This document shows, one piece after another, positions 47,086 through 50,755 of a DNA stretch of 50,755 nt (position 1 is its first letter; each line of letters starts with the position of its first letter). The translations under genes and the position numbers were made by a program. This DNA comes from Gemmatimonadota bacterium. Its GTDB lineage: Bacteria; 4572-55; J002. Location of the stretch: contig RFFQ01000102.1 in the NCBI GenBank assembly GCA_003697105.1, positions 1 through 50,755 of the forward strand, in the 5' to 3' direction. The notes under the pieces were generated by a model. The model was not told where the DNA came from and made no database searches. It worked only from the letters and a program-made list of their open reading frames with translations.

Positions 47086-48144
47086 TTATTGGATGGTGTA
47101 TTCAAAATCGATATGTTTATTTGATGTTATTTTTATTTTACGGCTATAATACCAAAATTGCACGCTTTCCACATCTATTTTATCCAGATTGAGCGGCTCG
47201 CGGTATCTTTCCCGGCGATCTTCATCAAACACCCGTAAAAACGGGGTGGAAGATGTACCGCTAGGATCATCCAGTTCAAACGTAATGAGGGTTAGGTAGT
47301 GTCCCGCATCATTAATGCCGGCAAAATCAACGACACCATCAACCTCCATCTGATCGACGACCTGCAGAGAATCCCAGATCGAAATCTGCGACCGGAACGG
47401 AAGGGTTTCGGGGCGTACTTCCGCCGGATATGCTGAACTCAGAATCCATCTGCCGGAGGGGGAGACGCCAATAAAGCGGGTGGTCTGCTGGGGATTGGAT
47501 TCCAACCGCTGGATGAACTCCCCTTTCAGATTATATAAATAGCTGGTAAATGTGTGGTGATCGGGGTCAAACAGCCGGAAGCTGAATTTGTGCGCTTGTG
47601 GGTATGCTCTAAACTCTAGAGCTAACAAATTGCCGGTGGGGATTTCCCATTGCACGGCTCCGGTGGGGTCCACGGCGGTGATTTGCCATCTCTGGGTGCT
47701 ATCTAGCGGGACGAAGTGATTAATCAAGCAGAGTGAGTCTGGTAGTAGCCAGTATTCCATAAATTCCCCGTGCCAAGTGCCCAATGAATCCCCGTTCACA
47801 TGAAAAAAGTGCAGATTGTGCCCGCGCAAAATGGGGGAGGCGGCGGTCCCTGCCGGTAGGGCAATATATGTTTCGCTGGGGTCTATCTGAATCCCGTTGG
47901 AATGGGTGTGTTTGTGCCAAAGCGGTTTTCCGGCGGCATTGAGTAACGTGAATTGGTAGGTCTGCGGATCATCTGTCGGAGTCAGTTGTCCGTGATACTG
48001 GGGAGTGGAAAAGAGGAGGGTTCCCGCATGGGTGGGTGGTGGGGGTGGCGCAATTTCACCCGCGGAGCGGATAAGGGGGGCAGACCCGCAACCCAGAACC
48101 ATAACGAGCCAAAAAAAGGATAAACAGAGACGTACACGTTTCAT
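47086..48144 (-). CDS. Hypothetical lipoprotein, probably beta-propeller
   Basis: Start at ATG 48144; lipobox VLG-C; repeated GKPLW / GAVQW strand motifs. Confidence 0.6.
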   Translation of the reverse strand: MKRVRLCLSFFWLVMVLGCGSAPLIRSAGEIAPPPPPTHAGTLLFSTPQYHGQLTPTDDPQTYQFTLLNAAGKPLWHKHTHSNGIQIDPSETYIALPAGTAASPILRGHNLHFFHVNGDSLGTWHGEFMEYWLLPDSLCLINHFVPLDSTQRWQITAVDPTGAVQWEIPTGNLLALEFRAYPQAHKFSFRLFDPDHHTFTSYLYNLKGEFIQRLESNPQQTTRFIGVSPSGRWILSSAYPAEVRPETLPFRSQISIWDSLQVVDQMEVDGVVDFAGINDAGHYLTLITFELDDPSGTSSTPFLRVFDEDRRERYREPLNLDKIDVESVQFWYYSRKIKITSNKHIDFEYTIQ

Positions 48145-48152
48145 TTTGTTGA

Positions 48153-48800
48153 TTATGACAGCCGGTATAGGAGGTCTTCGATAATCATTAGCAAGGCTTC
48201 GGGGTAGGTGGCGTAGGTGACACCGTTCACAACCCACGTGCTGGGGTTATTCGCATCCAATATGAGGGGGTAATCTACGGATTCGGCGACCATTTCCACT
48301 TGGTCTTGTGCCAGGTTCCATGCGGCTTGTACCCAAAAGCATTGGGCGACCAGAAGCCGGATATCCGACGCGTTGACGGTGGGATCCCCGCGAGAAAAAC
48401 GCCAACCGGCATCCAGTGCCAACACGTGCTGGGCATCGTCCAAGGCGTTAGGGATCTGATCTAGTGTCCATGATAAAAATGCCCGTACCGCTAGCGCATC
48501 CACCTGATCCGGCGGGCTGGGTTGGTGTTGCAGTGCCTGATTCGCGTATGTGAGCGCGGTGTTTTGATCGCCCAAGCGGGCATACGCCCAAGCACCGACG
48601 ACGTACGCCTCCACAAAGGTGGCGGAGAGGTTCAGGGCGGCATCGGCTTTTTCTGCCGCTTGGGTATAATCGCCTTGCTGAAAGGCACTCCACGCGCTGG
48701 CGGTTTCTGCCTCTGGGGTGGATGGATCACTGTCCCCACTGCAACCCGCCAGCCCTATGACGAAGAGGACGATGATCCATCTATTCAACCATATCATCAT
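48153..48800 (-). CDS. TPR-like lipoprotein
   Basis: Start at ATG 48800; lipobox LAG-C; AW.AF..GDY and AYVVGAWAY helical repeats. Confidence 0.7.
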   Translation of the reverse strand: MMIWLNRWIIVLFVIGLAGCSGDSDPSTPEAETASAWSAFQQGDYTQAAEKADAALNLSATFVEAYVVGAWAYARLGDQNTALTYANQALQHQPSPPDQVDALAVRAFLSWTLDQIPNALDDAQHVLALDAGWRFSRGDPTVNASDIRLLVAQCFWVQAAWNLAQDQVEMVAESVDYPLILDANNPSTWVVNGVTYATYPEALLMIIEDLLYRLS

Positions 48801-50118
48801 CGGTGTTGACTTTTGTTTTGTGAGTAGGAAACTCGGCGATGAACGTAGCACCTTGCCCTGGTTCGCTCTCACACCAAACCGAGCCGTGCATCGCCTCTAC
48901 CAATTTTTTGACAATGGATAGCCCTAGACCGGTGCTGTGTTCCCCGCCGGTGGGTTTGGGGCTTAATTTAGCAAATTTTTCAAATAGTTTTTTCTGATCC
49001 GATGCACTTAAGCCGGGACCTTCATCCCGTACATAGCACCGGACGTAACCGCGTGTTTTTTCCAACCGGATGTAAATCGATTTGCCGCGCGGGGAATATT
49101 TCACTGCATTGGAGACTAGATTGTCCAGTACGCGCAACGTGGCTTTTTCATCGGCATAGACCGGATATTGCACCTCCAGTGGCTCGCACACAATCTGAAT
49201 ATTTTTGCTCGATGCCGTCTGGCTGAAATTATTGACCACCATCAGCAGGGGTATGCGCAGATCAAATTCTTCAAAACGCAGATTCATTTTTCCGACTTCT
49301 AAGGCGTCCAAATCCAGCAGGTTGTTGATGAGTTCAAACATCCGGTTGGCGCCGTGTTCTATATCCAGAGCATGTTGGACGACTTCTTCCTTAGAAAGGA
49401 CATCATAAAAGGCATAAATGGATTCTGCCGTGCCCCGAATGGCGGATAACGGGTTTTTGAGGTCATGGGCGACGATACTGAGGAGTTCATTTTTCTCCCG
49501 ATTGAGGGCTTCCAGATGGTTGAGGGCTTCGGCAAGTTCGCTATTGGTACGGCGGAGTTTTTCTTCGGCGGCTTTGCGTTCGGTGATGTCTTCACAAATT
49601 GTTGCCAAGCCTAACGGGTTACCGGCGGCATCAATAATGGCATTGGAGATCAGTTGGACGGGGAATATAGAGCCATCTTTGTGTAGATTGAGGCTTTCCC
49701 GTCGCCAATTTTTGATCTGCTTCATCTCTTCGGGAGACATTTCGCGCTGAATCTCCGGGGGGGCGAACATACGAGCTGGCTGTCCGATCAGTTCTTCCAC
49801 CCGGTAACCGTGCATTCGGGCTTCGGTGGTGTTGGTGTAGATGATCCGTCCCTGTGTATCGGTGATGGTTACGCCCACTTCCACCGTTTCGATGGCGGCT
49901 TGCAGGGCATACCAAGAGATGGTTGCTCTGCCGTCTTCAATCCCCTGCGGGAAATAAGCCATAATATTTTGTAAATCCGTTAGGGCTTCTTCGATTTCCT
50001 GCCGTATATGCGTTTTAGAATCCACGGGGAGGGACTCTTGTAACCACCGTAACCGCCGTTCCAGCCGTTGTATCGGGTCTGAAATGCTGTCCATGTGGGG
50101 ATGTAACGATGTATTCAT
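48781..50118 (-). CDS. Cytoplasmic PAS histidine kinase
   Basis: PAS/PAC (HKDGSIFPV...EDITERK), AHDLKNPL, NLVSNAVKYS, DEGPG, STGLGL. Confidence 0.92.
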   Translation of the reverse strand: MNTSLHPHMDSISDPIQRLERRLRWLQESLPVDSKTHIRQEIEEALTDLQNIMAYFPQGIEDGRATISWYALQAAIETVEVGVTITDTQGRIIYTNTTEARMHGYRVEELIGQPARMFAPPEIQREMSPEEMKQIKNWRRESLNLHKDGSIFPVQLISNAIIDAAGNPLGLATICEDITERKAAEEKLRRTNSELAEALNHLEALNREKNELLSIVAHDLKNPLSAIRGTAESIYAFYDVLSKEEVVQHALDIEHGANRMFELINNLLDLDALEVGKMNLRFEEFDLRIPLLMVVNNFSQTASSKNIQIVCEPLEVQYPVYADEKATLRVLDNLVSNAVKYSPRGKSIYIRLEKTRGYVRCYVRDEGPGLSASDQKKLFEKFAKLSPKPTGGEHSTGLGLSIVKKLVEAMHGSVWCESEPGQGATFIAEFPTHKTKVNTDDDMVE

Positions 50119-50196
50119 TGTTTACCTCAGTACCAACGGGTGAGATGGGGAGCATCAACGGGGTTAAACTTATGTCAAAATGACTATAAAGGCAAC

Positions 50197-50227
50197 AAAA
50201 AAGCCCGCTTTCGCAAGGAAAACGGGC
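50197..50227 (-). terminator. Intrinsic terminator
   Basis: Minus strand GCCCGTTTTC-cttgc-GAAAGCGGGC followed by TTTTTT. Confidence 0.7.
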
Positions 50228-50250
50228 AGAAAAAGCATCGTTGTTGGGTA

Positions 50251-50556
50251 TTAGTCTGCCATGGCGCTGACCGAACCAGACCCCACCACGTGGGTCTTTG
50301 TCTGGGGATTCCCTTTATACCGTACATCACCACTACCGGTGGGGTGGTAGCGGGGGAAGATGAGTTTAGCGGGCTGGTCGCCGTTTTCGATGTGGATGAA
50401 ACTGCCCACCAGTTCCAGCATGCTATCTAGGGCGTCGCGTTTTTCCACCTGGCTGTCGTGCTGTTTTTCCAAATCCTGCCAGATACCGGGTTGGGTGGCA
50501 GTGATGAATGCCAGCACCAGTTCCCAGTCCAGTACCAGGGCGCGGTCGTAATGATT
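50251..50556 (-). pseudogene. Degraded, internally deleted type I restriction subunit (HsdR-like) remnant
   Basis: YDRALVLDWELVLAFITATQP.IWQDL.KQH resembles an HsdR N-terminus; DSMLELVGSFIH...LIFPRYH resembles the segment before the HsdR helicase domain. The ORF-track ATG lies inside the REP. Confidence 0.55.
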
Positions 50557-50636
50557 GTAGAGACGTTGCATGCAACGTCTCTACGGATAATGTGTTTCAA
50601 TTAACGTGTAATGCGCATTCACGAATGGCTCGATCA
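50557..50636. repeat. 80-bp repeat unit, copy 1, starting with a GTAG-type REP palindrome
   Basis: Perfect palindrome GTAGAGACGTTGCATGCAACGTCTCTAC (50557-50584) plus a 52-bp tail. Confidence 0.85.
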
Positions 50637-50674
50637 TTTCCTGTCACCTGATGTTCCCGGTGGCGGTTGCGGTG

Positions 50675-50755
50675 GTAGAGACGTTGCAATGCAACGTCTC
50701 TCCGGATAATGTGTTTCAATTAACGTGTAATGCGCATTCACGAATGGCTCGATCA
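50675..50755. repeat. 80-bp repeat unit, copy 2 (runs to the window end)
   Basis: GTAGAGACGTTGCAATGCAACGTCTCTCC plus an identical tail; differs from copy 1 by one insertion and one substitution. Confidence 0.85.

Noticed and set aside
50140-50551. Plus-strand ORFs 50140-50430 and 50360-50551
   Set aside because: No motifs; the first crosses a terminator and both are antisense to the hsdR-like remnant.
50557-50755. CRISPR array
   Set aside because: The repeat is at least 80 bp with only two copies, has a REP-type palindrome, and no cas genes are in the window.
1-50755. tRNA, rRNA, IS, integrase or prophage genes
   Set aside because: None recognised; intergenic gaps are short and no transposase or phage proteins appear.

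Overview
A 50.8 kb chromosomal window from a diderm bacterium of about 50% GC. lpxH, a PorV-like barrel, a T9SS-CTD/FlgD-like tail and MglA are compatible with the FCB group or a related candidate phylum, but taxonomy cannot be fixed from this window. The main feature is a minus-strand type IV minor-pilin operon (fimT/U-pilV-pilW-pilX-like, 4740-13929) with no pilY1. Its PilW-like pilin is a 1798-aa modular giant (Ig-like and lectin/ConA-like modules, several flanked by Cys), and its PilX-like pilin carries an FG-GAP beta-propeller. Upstream are a near-consensus sigma54 promoter, an IHF site and a dyad enhancer; downstream is a CHASE4-PAS kinase / NtrC-family activator pair. The rest is largely housekeeping and signalling: a PorV-transglutaminase-TPR fusion, a pseudo-receiver kinase, leuA-like, mutM, rqcH, cheR-cheD-cheB, upp, an FAD/Fe-S oxidoreductase, an orphan mglA, TPR-trkA-trkH with a structured ~185-nt upstream RNA, comB, a TMTC-like glycosyltransferase, an M20 peptidase, lpxH, a QueD-like/GT4/methyltransferase cluster and ggt. 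There are two gene remnants (one hsdR-like) and GTAG-type REP repeats at the right edge. ACCGGT/RCCGGY appears strongly over-represented throughout. All calls come from motif recognition by eye; no searches were run.
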